Assembly: GCA_021805565.1 (NCBI GenBank)
Contig: JAJZFA010000059.1
Span: 1,125 to 65,124 of the forward strand
Length of the DNA: 64,000 nt
DNA from: Pseudomonadota bacterium
GTDB lineage: Bacteria > Pseudomonadota > Alphaproteobacteria > Acetobacterales > Acetobacteraceae
Direction: 5' to 3'
Shown here: in pieces, positions 49,120 through 59,143 of the stretch
Numbering within the stretch: the first letter of the stretch is position 1
How the letters are laid out: each line of letters opens with the position of its first letter
Notes under the pieces: generated by a model
The model's database searches: none
The model's input: the letters and a program-made list of their open reading frames with translations, nothing else
Told to the model about the DNA's origin: nothing
Made by a program: the position numbers and the translations under genes

Positions 49120-50858
49120 CGCCGATCCTTCGGGCCACCAACACCGTTAGCGAGGTCGCCGCGCTGGTGGGCCATCGCATCGATCGTTTGATAGGTAGCG
49201 GTTTCCCGCAGCGTCTCCTGGGACATGCCGAAGTGAACCTCTTCGGCTTCGGCTTCCGCCTGGGCCTGAAGGGCGGCAATCCGCGCATCGATGGCTTTGC
49301 GGTTACTGTCGAGCTGGCGCAGCTTTCGTTCGTGATCTTGTACGCGTAACGTGGCGGCGGCACGTTCCTGTGCTTCCTGCGCAACCCGCGCGCTGCCGGT
49401 CAGCATACGGTCGCCGCCGAGATATACGTCCACCAGGTCGATCCCTTTGCCGCTCAGCACGAATTCGCGCACCTGATTGGAATGAGGCATACCGCGCGAC
49501 TTCCGGACGAAAATCGTACGGTTGCGTTCGCCGGTATTTTCCACGTTTCGTAGCAATAGCCATGTGTCGATCAGCGATGTGACACTCAGTTGCGAACCCT
49601 CAAGTGTGGAGTTCGAATCGCCATCGCCAGTCAGGCAGGTGAACACGGCGGTAATCTGTTCTTTCTTCAAAAAGTCGATCAGCCGCATCAGCGTCGGCTT
49701 CACTTCCACGTCGTCATGCGCCATCGTGAGATTGCTGATCGGATCCACGACGACAACGGTCGGCCGGAATGCCCGCACCAGATCGTGCATAACCACCAGA
49801 TGCTGTTCCAAACCCAGCAATGTCGGCCTGGAGGCGTGGATTTCCAGCAACCCCTGTTCCTGCAATGGCGCCAGATCGATGCCGACGGATCGCATGTTGC
49901 GAACGATCTGCGCGGTGGATTCTTCGTAAGCGAAATACAGCGCGCGTTCGCCGCGCAGACAGGCGGTTTCGATCATCTTGGCGGCGATGGTGGTTTTGCC
50001 GGTGCCCGGCGAGCCGGAAATAAGCACGCTGCTGCCCCGGTAAACACCCAGCCCGCCCAGCATGTCATCGAGGCGCGGAATGCCGGTGCCGATGCGTTGG
50101 GTGGAAACGGCGTGGTCGAGCTGCAGCGACGTGATCGGCAGGACGGAGAATCCCTGCATGCCGATCAGGAACGGGTACTCGTTCATGCCATGCGCGGTGC
50201 CGCGATATTTCAGCACGCGCAGCCGGCGCGTGGAGATCTGATCCTGAATGCGCTGGTCGAGAACAATCACGCAGTCGGCGACATATTCCTCCAGGCCATA
50301 CCGGGTGATGGCATTTCCATCGCCTTTTTCCCCCGTAATTATTGCGGTCACGCCGCGGTCCTTCAGCCTGCGGAACAGCCGGCGCAGTTCGGCGCGCAGC
50401 AGCCCGTGGTTGGGTAGCCCGGCGAATAGCGCCTCCACCGTGTCGAGCACGACGCGTTTCGCGCCGATGGAATCGATCGCATACCCCAGGCGGATAAACA
50501 GGCCTTCCAGGTCGTATTCGCCGGTTTCCTCGATTTCGCTGCGTTCGAGATGCACGTAATCGAGAACGATTTTTTTGTCCGCCACGAGCTTTTCCAGGTC
50601 GAAACCGAGCGACCGGACGTTGGCGGTGAGTTCCGCGGCATTTTCCTCGAACATCATGAAGACGCCCGGCTCGTTGAACTGCGCTGCGCCGCGCACGATG
50701 AATTCCATGGCGAGCATGGTTTTGCCGCAGCCGGCCGTACCCGATATCAAGGTGGGCCGGCCGGCCGGGAGACCCCCGCCGGTAATTTCATCGAGACCCG
50801 CGATCCCTGTCAGGGATTTTGGAAGCGAGGGAGTGCTATCGGCCGCGGGTATTTTCAT
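49116..50858 (-). CDS. kaiC: KaiC double-RecA ATPase/autokinase with extended C-terminus
   Basis: 580 aa. CI Walker [12 protein letters not shown] Walker A GSPGTGKT, and the phosphosite-equivalent segment [12 protein letters not shown] (T426/S427 aligned to S431/T432 of S. elongatus ISTITDT). About 90 aa beyond the usual CII end are heptad-rich. Confidence 0.93.
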   Translation of the reverse strand: MKIPAADSTPSLPKSLTGIAGLDEITGGGLPAGRPTLISGTAGCGKTMLAMEFIVRGAAQFNEPGVFMMFEENAAELTANVRSLGFDLEKLVADKKIVLDYVHLERSEIEETGEYDLEGLFIRLGYAIDSIGAKRVVLDTVEALFAGLPNHGLLRAELRRLFRRLKDRGVTAIITGEKGDGNAITRYGLEEYVADCVIVLDQRIQDQISTRRLRVLKYRGTAHGMNEYPFLIGMQGFSVLPITSLQLDHAVSTQRIGTGIPRLDDMLGGLGVYRGSSVLISGSPGTGKTTIAAKMIETACLRGERALYFAYEESTAQIVRNMRSVGIDLAPLQEQGLLEIHASRPTLLGLEQHLVVMHDLVRAFRPTVVVVDPISNLTMAHDDVEVKPTLMRLIDFLKKEQITAVFTCLTGDGDSNSTLEGSQLSVTSLIDTWLLLRNVENTGERNRTIFVRKSRGMPHSNQVREFVLSGKGIDLVDVYLGGDRMLTGSARVAQEAQERAAATLRVQDHERKLRQLDSNRKAIDARIAALQAQAEAEAEEVHFGMSQETLRETATYQTIDAMAHQRGDLANGVGGPKDRR

Positions 50859-51262
50859 CGGCCGGCCCAGGTGGACGCTTCGGGCCGCTGCACCGGAGCA
50901 GCGAACAGATTGCTTCGGCCGTATTGAGCAATTTTACATTGGGTCATGTCGTATTTCACCCCGCCGGACGAGATTAAGGCCTCGCGCGAGGCTCCCTCAT
51001 AACATTTCGCGGGACGGGGCGTCAGGTTCGGAATCTACTCATGCCGGCTGGCGGGACGGGCGGGCCGCTTCGGGTTTCATGGGACCGGCGCGAGAGCAAG
51101 CTTAGGGTTTGTCCTGCAATGATTGCGTCGGGTTCCGGCCGTGCGCACGAGATTGGATTTCGCCGGTCCGGCAGACCGCTGCCTGCCCGGAATTCCGTCG
51201 AACTTGACGGAACGCCCGCGAGCGCTGACGTTCAATCCATCGTTTCCAGGGACTGTGCAGCC

Positions 51263-52042
51263 ATGAACATCGCCACCTCTCCCGCCTCGATCGCCGGCAT
51301 ATCCGAAGCCGAATGGCAAATCCGGTGCGACCTGGCGGCGCTGTATCGCCTTGTGGCGCATCACCGCTGGACGGACTTCATCTACACGCATCTCAGTGCC
51401 CGTCTGCCAGGGCCGGATCACCATTTCCTGATCAATAAATTCGGCGTCAATTTCCAGCACATGCGCGCCTCCGATCTGGTGAAGATCGACATGCATGGCA
51501 ACATCGCCGAGGAAGCCCGCGGCCTGAGCCAGCGCGACGTCAACGCCGCCGGCTTCACCATTCACTCCGCCATCCACATGGCCAGGGAGGATTTGATGTG
51601 CGTCGTGCATACCCACACTGCCGCCGGTATCGCGGTATCGGCGCAAAAGGATGGTTTGCTGCCGCTGTCGCAGCACGCCTGCAAGTTTTATGGGCGGATC
51701 GCCTATCACGGCTACGAAGGCATCGCGCTCGATTTGGATGAGCGGGAGCGGCTGGTTGCCGACCTTGGACAGCACAAGGCGATGATCCTGCGTAACCACG
51801 GCCTGCTGGTCGGTGGCACCTCTATCGCCGAGGCGTTCCTCAATATCTACATGCTGGAACGGGCCTGCGCCGCTCAGGTCGATGCGATGTCCAGCGGGCG
51901 CGAACCAATCCTGCCGCCGCCGGAGGTGTGCCAGCACACGTCCGACCAGTTCCGTGCCAGCGAAACCGAGCAGCACTACGCCATGGTGTGGGACGCGGCG
52001 CTGCGGCTCATCGAAGATGGAAAGCCGGACTACCGCGGTTAG
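51263..52042 (+). CDS. Class II aldolase/adducin-domain protein
   Basis: 259 aa from the internal ATG (MNIATSP...). Metal-binding His cluster VVHTHTAAGIAVS and NHGLLVGG. Confidence 0.85.
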   Translation: MNIATSPASIAGISEAEWQIRCDLAALYRLVAHHRWTDFIYTHLSARLPGPDHHFLINKFGVNFQHMRASDLVKIDMHGNIAEEARGLSQRDVNAAGFTIHSAIHMAREDLMCVVHTHTAAGIAVSAQKDGLLPLSQHACKFYGRIAYHGYEGIALDLDERERLVADLGQHKAMILRNHGLLVGGTSIAEAFLNIYMLERACAAQVDAMSSGREPILPPPEVCQHTSDQFRASETEQHYAMVWDAALRLIEDGKPDYRG

Positions 52043-52164
52043 ACGTCCCCTCAGGAATTGCCCGACAATAATCGCTACAAGCGGCAGCGTCGGGCAATCC
52101 TTCAGCTCATGTTTTGCAAGGCGATTTTGTTGGCGTGCTGACGCATTTATTCGCCAGCCTTGCC

Positions 52165-53565
52165 TTATCGGGCCTTTGCCTCGAACCGGTAAGGCGACGC
52201 CCCCGCGGTCAGCGGATCCAGCGACAGCCGATGCTCCAGCGGCGGAAACGCTCGGCTGCCGCAGTCCGGCCGGTCGCACAAACGGCAGGACAGGCCGATC
52301 CCGACCCGCGCACGGTCAAGGTCCAGCCCGTCCGCATAGACAACGTCCGTCGCGTTCGCCAGCGCGCACCCCATTGCCACCACATGCACCGGCCGCGGCT
52401 CGCCCCATTTCAGCACCGGCTGGGCCACGGCCGACGCGAAGCACAGATACGCTGCCCCGTCGGGTAGTTCCGCTACCTGCACCTGCACGGTGTTCGGCTG
52501 GGAAAAGGCCGTATGCACGACCCAGCGCGGGCACGAACCGCCATAGCGCGCAAACGGGAACCCGGCGGCGGAGAACCGTTTCGACACGTTGCCGGCGGGA
52601 TCGACCCGCAGGAAAAAAAACGGTACTCCCCGGGCGCCCACGCGCTGTAGCGTGGACAGCCGGTGACAGGCCTGCTCGAACGATACGCCGAACCGGGCGG
52701 CGATGGCTTCCATATCGTGACGCAATCCGGACGCCGCCGCGTGAAATGCGGCGTATGGCATCACCAATGCGCCGGCGACATAATTCAGCAGGCCGATCCG
52801 CAACAGCATCGCTGCTTCCGGCGTGGACGGCGAGGCATCCTTCAGCACGGTTTCGACCGCTTCGCGCGCTTCCAGCAAGGCAAGTTGAAACGCCATATGA
52901 AACCCACGGCTTTCGCGTGGCAGCGACTCCGACAACGCCAGGCTTCTGGTTGCCGGATCGTAGCGCCGTAAGGCCAGTTCCAGCGGCTGAACGGTAACCC
53001 GAACGCCGTGCATGGTCCGCAGGCGTTCGGCGATGGCGTGGTTCATTTCCGCCGGGGCACCGGGCGCCAGCTCGTTCGCCAGCACTTCGGCGGCGGCTTC
53101 CAGTGCGGGAAAATGATTGGCGTGGTCGTCGAAAAAATCGCGGACTTCCTCGTTTGGCAGCAAGATACGGCGACCCGACGGCAGAGCGATGCCGTTCGCG
53201 TCTTCCCGTGCCACCCGCCACGCCCGATACAGTGCCAGCACCGCGCGTGCGGCGTTCGGACTGCCGGCGGCCAGTGCTTCGACCTCGGTTTCCGCAATGT
53301 CGCCCGCACCCAACAAAGGGTCGGCGAAGGCTTCGCGCAGACCTGTTTCAAGCTGACGTTCCTGCATACCCGACAGTTCGCCGAGATCGACGCGCAATGT
53401 TTCCGCCAGTTTGATCAGCAGCGACGCGGTCACCGCACGCTGGTCGTGTTCGATCAGGTTTAAATAGCTGGCCGAAATACCCAGTTTGATGGCCAGCGCC
53501 TGCTGCGACAGGCCGCGATCGGTTCGCAGGCGGCGCACCGTTCGGCCAATCAGCGTGCGGCTCAC
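52165..53565 (-). CDS. XRE-HTH / ImmA-IrrE-like peptidase / DUF2083 regulator (RamB/PrpR/ScfR-type)
   Basis: N-terminal HTH GLSQQALAIKLGISASYLNLIEHDQR, a central COG2856-like domain and a C-terminal Cys-rich region (CPRW...CRLCDRPDC). GTG start. Confidence 0.85.
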   Translation of the reverse strand: MSRTLIGRTVRRLRTDRGLSQQALAIKLGISASYLNLIEHDQRAVTASLLIKLAETLRVDLGELSGMQERQLETGLREAFADPLLGAGDIAETEVEALAAGSPNAARAVLALYRAWRVAREDANGIALPSGRRILLPNEEVRDFFDDHANHFPALEAAAEVLANELAPGAPAEMNHAIAERLRTMHGVRVTVQPLELALRRYDPATRSLALSESLPRESRGFHMAFQLALLEAREAVETVLKDASPSTPEAAMLLRIGLLNYVAGALVMPYAAFHAAASGLRHDMEAIAARFGVSFEQACHRLSTLQRVGARGVPFFFLRVDPAGNVSKRFSAAGFPFARYGGSCPRWVVHTAFSQPNTVQVQVAELPDGAAYLCFASAVAQPVLKWGEPRPVHVVAMGCALANATDVVYADGLDLDRARVGIGLSCRLCDRPDCGSRAFPPLEHRLSLDPLTAGASPYRFEAKAR

Positions 53566-54227
53566 ACTTTACATCCTTTACAAATTTGCATCCTTGCCGG
53601 TGAATGCGGCACCAGGATTAGGGCGTTCGGCCAAGATTACGGCGTCTTATTCGCAACAGCAATGTCAATTGTTCACTCACGGCATGCCCGGCAATGCCCG
53701 GACAATTCCGCAAGGCGATTTGCGTTCAGACCTGCCGATGTGGCGGGAAACGCGGCGCAACGAAATCTGCCGGATCGAACGGCTGACCGGAAAGCATCGG
53801 GGTGGCGGACCATCCACGCCGTATTTGCCGGCAGGGGACGTATCGGTACTATCGGACCAAGGCTGGACGCGCCGCGACCGTGCGGCGGAACCTCCGATTG
53901 GTCCGGTTATCGTTCCGGCAATGATCCGATGGGACTTTTCGATGAGCAAAGTGTCACCAATCAGGCGATAACTGACTAACATTTGTTGTTCGAACCCGCG
54001 CCCATTGACAGACCCCGAACCCCGATAACAGCATGATCGTTAATGGCGAAGTGTCTGAATCATGCGATACGGGATGGCCTCAACGGTAAGCGCGATAGTC
54101 CGGCGCCGCCAATCCGCCCGCATGCCGCCCGACGGCACGGGCCGGCGTCCGTCTGGCCCAGCGGGCAGCGACCGATGATGGCCCGCACATCGTCCGCGAA
54201 CGTCAACCTAACCCAGGACCCACACGC

Positions 54228-55430
54228 ATGAGCGCCGCGCTGGAAATGGCCGCGAACCGGCCCAGCCTGACCGACGATCCGGTCGCGCGGGCGCACGCAT
54301 TGGCACCGCTGTTGCGCGATGAAGGCGCCCGGATCGAGGCGTTGGGCCGATTGTCTCCGGCCGTGGTGAACGCGCTGCACGATAGTGGCCTTTACCGCAC
54401 CTTGTTGCCCCGCCGGTTGAACGGATTCGGCGCCGGGCTGGAAACCGCCGGCAAGGTCCTGGAGATTATCGCCGCGGCCGACGCCTCCACGGCGTGGTGC
54501 CTCGGTCAGTCCATCGGCTGTTCCATGGCCGCGGCGTATGTCGCACCGGCGGTTGCCCGCGAAATCTGGGGCGACGATCCGCGCGGCGTGCTGTGCTGGG
54601 GTTTTCAGCTTGAAGGACGCGCCAGGGTCGTTCCGGGGGGATACAGGGTCACCGGCAAATGGGGCTTCGGCAGCGGCGGCCATCACGCGACCTGGATGGG
54701 CGCGCATTGCCATGTCGAACTGCCGGACGGATCGCTGCTGACGGATTCCGTTGGCGCCCCGATCGAACGCACCATGCTGGTCCGGCAGGATACGCTGAAC
54801 TGGTCGGCAACGTGGGACGTGGTCGGCCTGCGCGGCACCGGCAGCGACAGCTACGCGCTGACCGACGTGTTCGTGCCGGACGCTTATACGGTGCGGCGCG
54901 ATATCGACGCGGAACGGCGCATCGACGAACCGTTCTTCCGCTTCACGACCACCAGCGCCTATTCCTGCGGTTTCGCGTTCGTATCCATGGGCATCGCCCG
55001 GGGCATGCTGGACGAATTGAAAAGCCTCGCCGCGTCGAAAAAACCGTCCAATACCGCCCGGATGCTGCGCGATAATCCGGTCATGCATCACCTTGTCGCG
55101 GAAAACGAGGCCAAACTGCGATCGGCCCGAGCTTTCGTGCTGGAAACGATCCGCGAAGGGGAGGATTGCATCCGGCGCACCGGCGGGCTGACAACGGACA
55201 ACCGGGTGCTGATGCGGCTGGCGACCACCACCGCGATCCGGCGGGCCAAGGAAGTCGCTGAGTTCGCCTACCATGAAGCCGGTGCCACCGCGATTTTCGC
55301 CAGCAACGCGTTCGAGCGGAAAATGCGGGACATTCACGCCTCGGCGCAGCAGGTGCAGGGGCGAACCGGACATATCGAAGTGTGCGGTCAGTATTTTCTG
55401 GGGTTCGACCCGGTCGCCCGTCATATCTAA
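54228..55430 (+). CDS. Acyl-CoA dehydrogenase-family flavoprotein
   Basis: 400 aa with the three-domain ACAD layout (GYRVTGKWGFGSG, WDVVGLRGTGSD). Substrate unknown. Confidence 0.83.
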   Translation: MSAALEMAANRPSLTDDPVARAHALAPLLRDEGARIEALGRLSPAVVNALHDSGLYRTLLPRRLNGFGAGLETAGKVLEIIAAADASTAWCLGQSIGCSMAAAYVAPAVAREIWGDDPRGVLCWGFQLEGRARVVPGGYRVTGKWGFGSGGHHATWMGAHCHVELPDGSLLTDSVGAPIERTMLVRQDTLNWSATWDVVGLRGTGSDSYALTDVFVPDAYTVRRDIDAERRIDEPFFRFTTTSAYSCGFAFVSMGIARGMLDELKSLAASKKPSNTARMLRDNPVMHHLVAENEAKLRSARAFVLETIREGEDCIRRTGGLTTDNRVLMRLATTTAIRRAKEVAEFAYHEAGATAIFASNAFERKMRDIHASAQQVQGRTGHIEVCGQYFLGFDPVARHI

Positions 55431-55459
55431 TCGGCGCCGGTTTACTGGAGTCATCGCGT

Positions 55460-56353
55460 ATGAAAGTCGGGGTAATCGGCCTGGGCAACATGGGTATGGG
55501 CGCGGCCTTGAATCTGGTGCGGGCGGGCCACGAGGTCACCGGATGCGAATTGCGCGAAGATAGCCGCGCCGCGTTCGTGGCCGGTGGCGGCAAGGCGGTG
55601 GTGTCGCCGGACGCCCTGCCGGCCGGCCTGGAAGCGGTGGTCGTGTTCGTTATCGATGCGGCGCAAACCGATCAGGTTCTGTTCGGCGACAAGGGCTGCC
55701 TGGCGCGGATGGATAAGGGCGCTGTCGTTTTGTGCTGCGCCACCATCGCGCCGGAAGCCGCCAGGGCCCTGGGCCGGAAAATCGCGGACGCCCGATTTCT
55801 AATGCTGGACAGTCCGGTTTCCGGCGGGTCGGCCGGCGCGAAGGCCGGGACAATGACGGTGATGGCAGCGGGGTCGGAGGCGGCATTCGCCAAGGCGGGA
55901 CCGGTTCTGGCAGCCATCTCTACCAAGGTTTGGCACCTCGGCGACGAGATCGGCGTCGGCAGTACCGTGAAGATGGTCAATCAGTTGTTGGCCGGCGTGC
56001 ATATCGCCACGGCGGCCGAGGCACTCGCGCTGGGGATTCGCGCCGGGGCCGATCCGGAGACGCTGTATAAGGTGATCTCGGAATCCGCCGGCAGTTCCTG
56101 GATGTGGCAGAATCGTGTGCCGCATATTTTGGCAGGCGACGATACGCCATCCTCCGCGGTGAACATCTTCGTCAAGGATCTGGGGATCGTGTTGGATCAG
56201 GCCCGCGCGCTGACCTTTCCGCTGCCCATGGCCGCCGCGGCGCATCAGTTGTTCCTGGCTGCCGCGGCGAATGGGCAAGGCCTGAAGGACGATTCGTTCG
56301 TGATCAGGGTGTGGCAGCAACTGACCGGTATCGATCTGCCGGGCAAGACATAG
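55460..56353 (+). CDS. NAD(P)-dependent oxidoreductase, 3-hydroxyisobutyrate dehydrogenase family
   Basis: MKVGVIGLGNMGMGAALNL Rossmann motif, DSPVSGG and GVGSTVKMVNQLL. Confidence 0.88.
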   Translation: MKVGVIGLGNMGMGAALNLVRAGHEVTGCELREDSRAAFVAGGGKAVVSPDALPAGLEAVVVFVIDAAQTDQVLFGDKGCLARMDKGAVVLCCATIAPEAARALGRKIADARFLMLDSPVSGGSAGAKAGTMTVMAAGSEAAFAKAGPVLAAISTKVWHLGDEIGVGSTVKMVNQLLAGVHIATAAEALALGIRAGADPETLYKVISESAGSSWMWQNRVPHILAGDDTPSSAVNIFVKDLGIVLDQARALTFPLPMAAAAHQLFLAAAANGQGLKDDSFVIRVWQQLTGIDLPGKT

Positions 56354-56409
56354 ACAGCGGCGACCGCCGCCCGATTGACCCGGCAGGCCGGCCTGTCTAT
56401 TGCAAAGTC

Positions 56410-57765
56410 ATGATGGAAAGCGGTGCGGAACGCGCCACGGGGGAAAGCTGGATGGAAACGCTTGAACAACGAACAATCGCGAAAATTTCCTGGCGCATCG
56501 TGCCGTTTCTGATCGTTTGCTATTTTGTTGCGTATCTGGACCGGGTGAATGTCGGCTTCGCCGCGCTGACCATGAACAAGGCGCTGGGCTTGACCAGCAC
56601 CACGTTCGCGCTTGGGGCAGGGGTGTTCTTCCTGGCTTATTTCGTGTTCGAGGTGCCGTCCAATCTGCTGCTGGAACGTTTCGGTGCCCGCAAATGGATC
56701 GCCCGGATCATGCTGACATGGGGGCTGCTGTCAGGATTGATGGCCTTCATCCCGCCGATCGCGGCCTCGACCGGCGCGTCCACGACCTCGGTATTCTATA
56801 CCATCCGTATCGTGCTGGGCGCGGCGGAAGCCGGGTTTTTTCCCGGTATCATCTTCTACCTGACGCTGTGGTTTCCCGCGGTCTATCGCGCACGCATCAT
56901 CGGCTACTTCATGGCTGCTATCCCGCTGTCTTCGGTGATCGGCGCGCCGGTGTCCGGTATGTTGCTGAACCTGGATGGCTCCGCGGGGCTGGCCGGCTGG
57001 CAATGGCTGTTCATCCTGGAAGCGGTGCCCGCACTGTTGCTGTCGGTGGCGGTGTTCTTCTATCTGACCGACCGGCCCGCCGATGCCCGCTGGCTGGCAC
57101 CCGAGGAACGCGCCTGGCTGTCGGCGCGGCTTGAGTCGGAGCGGGAGCAGCGGGAAACGGCGCGCCATTTCAGCGTGCTGCAAGCCCTCGGCGATACCCG
57201 CGTCCTGCTGTTGTCGAGCGTGTATTTCGGCATCGTCGCGTCGAATTATGGTTTGAGCTTCTTTCTGCCCCAAATCGTGCGCGACTTCGGCCTGAGCTTC
57301 ACCGCGACCGGCTTTGTCACCGCCATACCCTATGTGGTCGGTACGCTCGGTATGGTCTGGTGGGGCCGCAAATCGGACCGTATGCGCGAACGCAAAGAAC
57401 ATGTGGGACTGGCGGCGCTGCTGGCCGGGGCGGGGATCGCGGCGTCCACGCTGATCGCCGATCCGACCGGGAAGATGATTGCCCTGTCCATCGCCGGGTT
57501 CGGCATCTTCGCCACTTTGCCCGTGTTCTGGACGCTTCCCACCGCTTTTTTGTCTGGCGCGGCGGCGGCTGGCGGGATCGCCATCATCAACTCCATCGGC
57601 AATCTGGCGGGTTTCGCGGGGCCGTATGTGATGGGAACGATCAAGGACTCGACCGGCAGCTTCACCATCGGGCTGCTGGTTATCGCCGGGCTGGTCCTGC
57701 TAGCAATGCTGATCGTGCTGTCGTTGCCGCACGACGAGGGATTGGAACTGCCGCCGGACACGTGA
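56410..57765 (+). CDS. MFS transporter (anionic-substrate/tartrate-type subfamily)
   Basis: About 12 TM helices. YLDRVNVGFAAL and FLLERFGARKW motifs. Start at ATG 56410; the track ORF from 56104 overlaps the upstream gene. Confidence 0.85.
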   Translation: MMESGAERATGESWMETLEQRTIAKISWRIVPFLIVCYFVAYLDRVNVGFAALTMNKALGLTSTTFALGAGVFFLAYFVFEVPSNLLLERFGARKWIARIMLTWGLLSGLMAFIPPIAASTGASTTSVFYTIRIVLGAAEAGFFPGIIFYLTLWFPAVYRARIIGYFMAAIPLSSVIGAPVSGMLLNLDGSAGLAGWQWLFILEAVPALLLSVAVFFYLTDRPADARWLAPEERAWLSARLESEREQRETARHFSVLQALGDTRVLLLSSVYFGIVASNYGLSFFLPQIVRDFGLSFTATGFVTAIPYVVGTLGMVWWGRKSDRMRERKEHVGLAALLAGAGIAASTLIADPTGKMIALSIAGFGIFATLPVFWTLPTAFLSGAAAAGGIAIINSIGNLAGFAGPYVMGTIKDSTGSFTIGLLVIAGLVLLAMLIVLSLPHDEGLELPPDT

Positions 57766-57858
57766 GTCGAACCGGCCGGTGCGGGGCGGCCGGTTGGCCG
57801 AAGCGGCTTGTGTGCTATTTCTCTAGGAGAGAGCGGCCAGTACGGCGTAGGATATCGG

Positions 57859-59079
57859 ATGAATATGGTTCCATATCCGACGCCTCGGCCAATAACCGAA
57901 GCTGGGGATTCTGTTGCCGCGGTCGGCCGGATCGCGGCCGTTCCCACGATTCTGGAAGTCCTTTGCCGGACGACCGGAATGGGTTTCGCGGCGGTCGCCC
58001 GCGTCACGGAGGACCGTTGGATTGCCTGTAGCGTTCACGATGAGATTGCGTTCGGCCTGGTGCCGGGCAGCGAACTGAACCCGGCCGCGACGATCTGTAA
58101 CGAGGTCCGCGAAACCCTGGAACCGGTGGCGATCGACAATGTCGCCGAGGACCGCCTGTACAGCGATCATCCGGTTCCGGCGCTTTATGCCTTTCAAAGC
58201 TATATATCCATGCCGATCCTGCTGCCGGACGGGCGATTTTTCGGCACCCTGTGCGCTATCGATCCCCGGCCCGCCCGCCTGAGGTCGCCCGAGAGGATCG
58301 GGATGTTCAAGCTGTTCGCCGAATTGATCGGCTTTCACCTTGGCGCTTTGGAGCAGGTAGCCGCCAGCGAGGTCCGGCTGTCAGACGAGCAAAAGTCCTC
58401 GGAACTGCGGGAACAGTTTATCGCGGTGCTGGGCCACGACCTCCGCAATCCGCTGACAGCGATCGCGATCGGGGCCGAATTGCTGGAGAAGGCCCCGCTG
58501 GGTGAAAAGGCGTCGCGAACCGTGCGGGTGATCCGCGCCAGTGCGAAGCGGATGTCGAGTTTGATCGACGATGTAATGGATTTCGCGCGTGGCCGGCTGG
58601 GTGCGGGCCTGACATTGGATCTGACCGCGACGGCTCCGTTGGAGCCGGTTCTGGCGCAGGTGATCGCCGAACTACAGTCCAGCTTTCCGGATCGTGCAAT
58701 CGATGTGACGATGGCATTGAAGCGGCCGGTTGTGTGCGACCAGGGACGCGTCGGGCAACTGTTGTCCAATCTTTTGGGAAACGCACTGGCATACGGCGTG
58801 GCGGCCGAACCAATTCGGATCACCGCCGCGTCGGACGCGGCCAGCTTCGAACTGTCGGTCGCCAATGGCGGCGACGCGATCCCGGCAGAGGTCTTGGGGC
58901 GGATGTTTCAACCGTTTGTCCGCGGGGCGGTGCGGCCCCGGCAGCAAGGCCTGGGGCTGGGTTTGTTCATCGCGTCGGAGATTGCCAGGGCCCATGGGGG
59001 GACACTGACGGCTCTGTCGTCGGCACAAGAGACCCGATTTACTTTCACGATGCCGGTCGAGGGACCGCGGACGGCATGA
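57859..59079 (+). CDS. GAF-domain sensor histidine kinase (HisKA + HATPase_c)
   Basis: N-terminal GAF-like domain, H-box FIAVLGHDLRNPLTAI, N-box LLSNLLGNALAYG and G-box GLGLGLFI. Confidence 0.85.
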   Translation: MNMVPYPTPRPITEAGDSVAAVGRIAAVPTILEVLCRTTGMGFAAVARVTEDRWIACSVHDEIAFGLVPGSELNPAATICNEVRETLEPVAIDNVAEDRLYSDHPVPALYAFQSYISMPILLPDGRFFGTLCAIDPRPARLRSPERIGMFKLFAELIGFHLGALEQVAASEVRLSDEQKSSELREQFIAVLGHDLRNPLTAIAIGAELLEKAPLGEKASRTVRVIRASAKRMSSLIDDVMDFARGRLGAGLTLDLTATAPLEPVLAQVIAELQSSFPDRAIDVTMALKRPVVCDQGRVGQLLSNLLGNALAYGVAAEPIRITAASDAASFELSVANGGDAIPAEVLGRMFQPFVRGAVRPRQQGLGLGLFIASEIARAHGGTLTALSSAQETRFTFTMPVEGPRTA

Positions 59080-59143
59080 CAATCCTTCGCCGCGCTTAAC
59101 CGTCATAGCCGCGGGCATCGTCTATAATCCCATGCGCCCCGCC

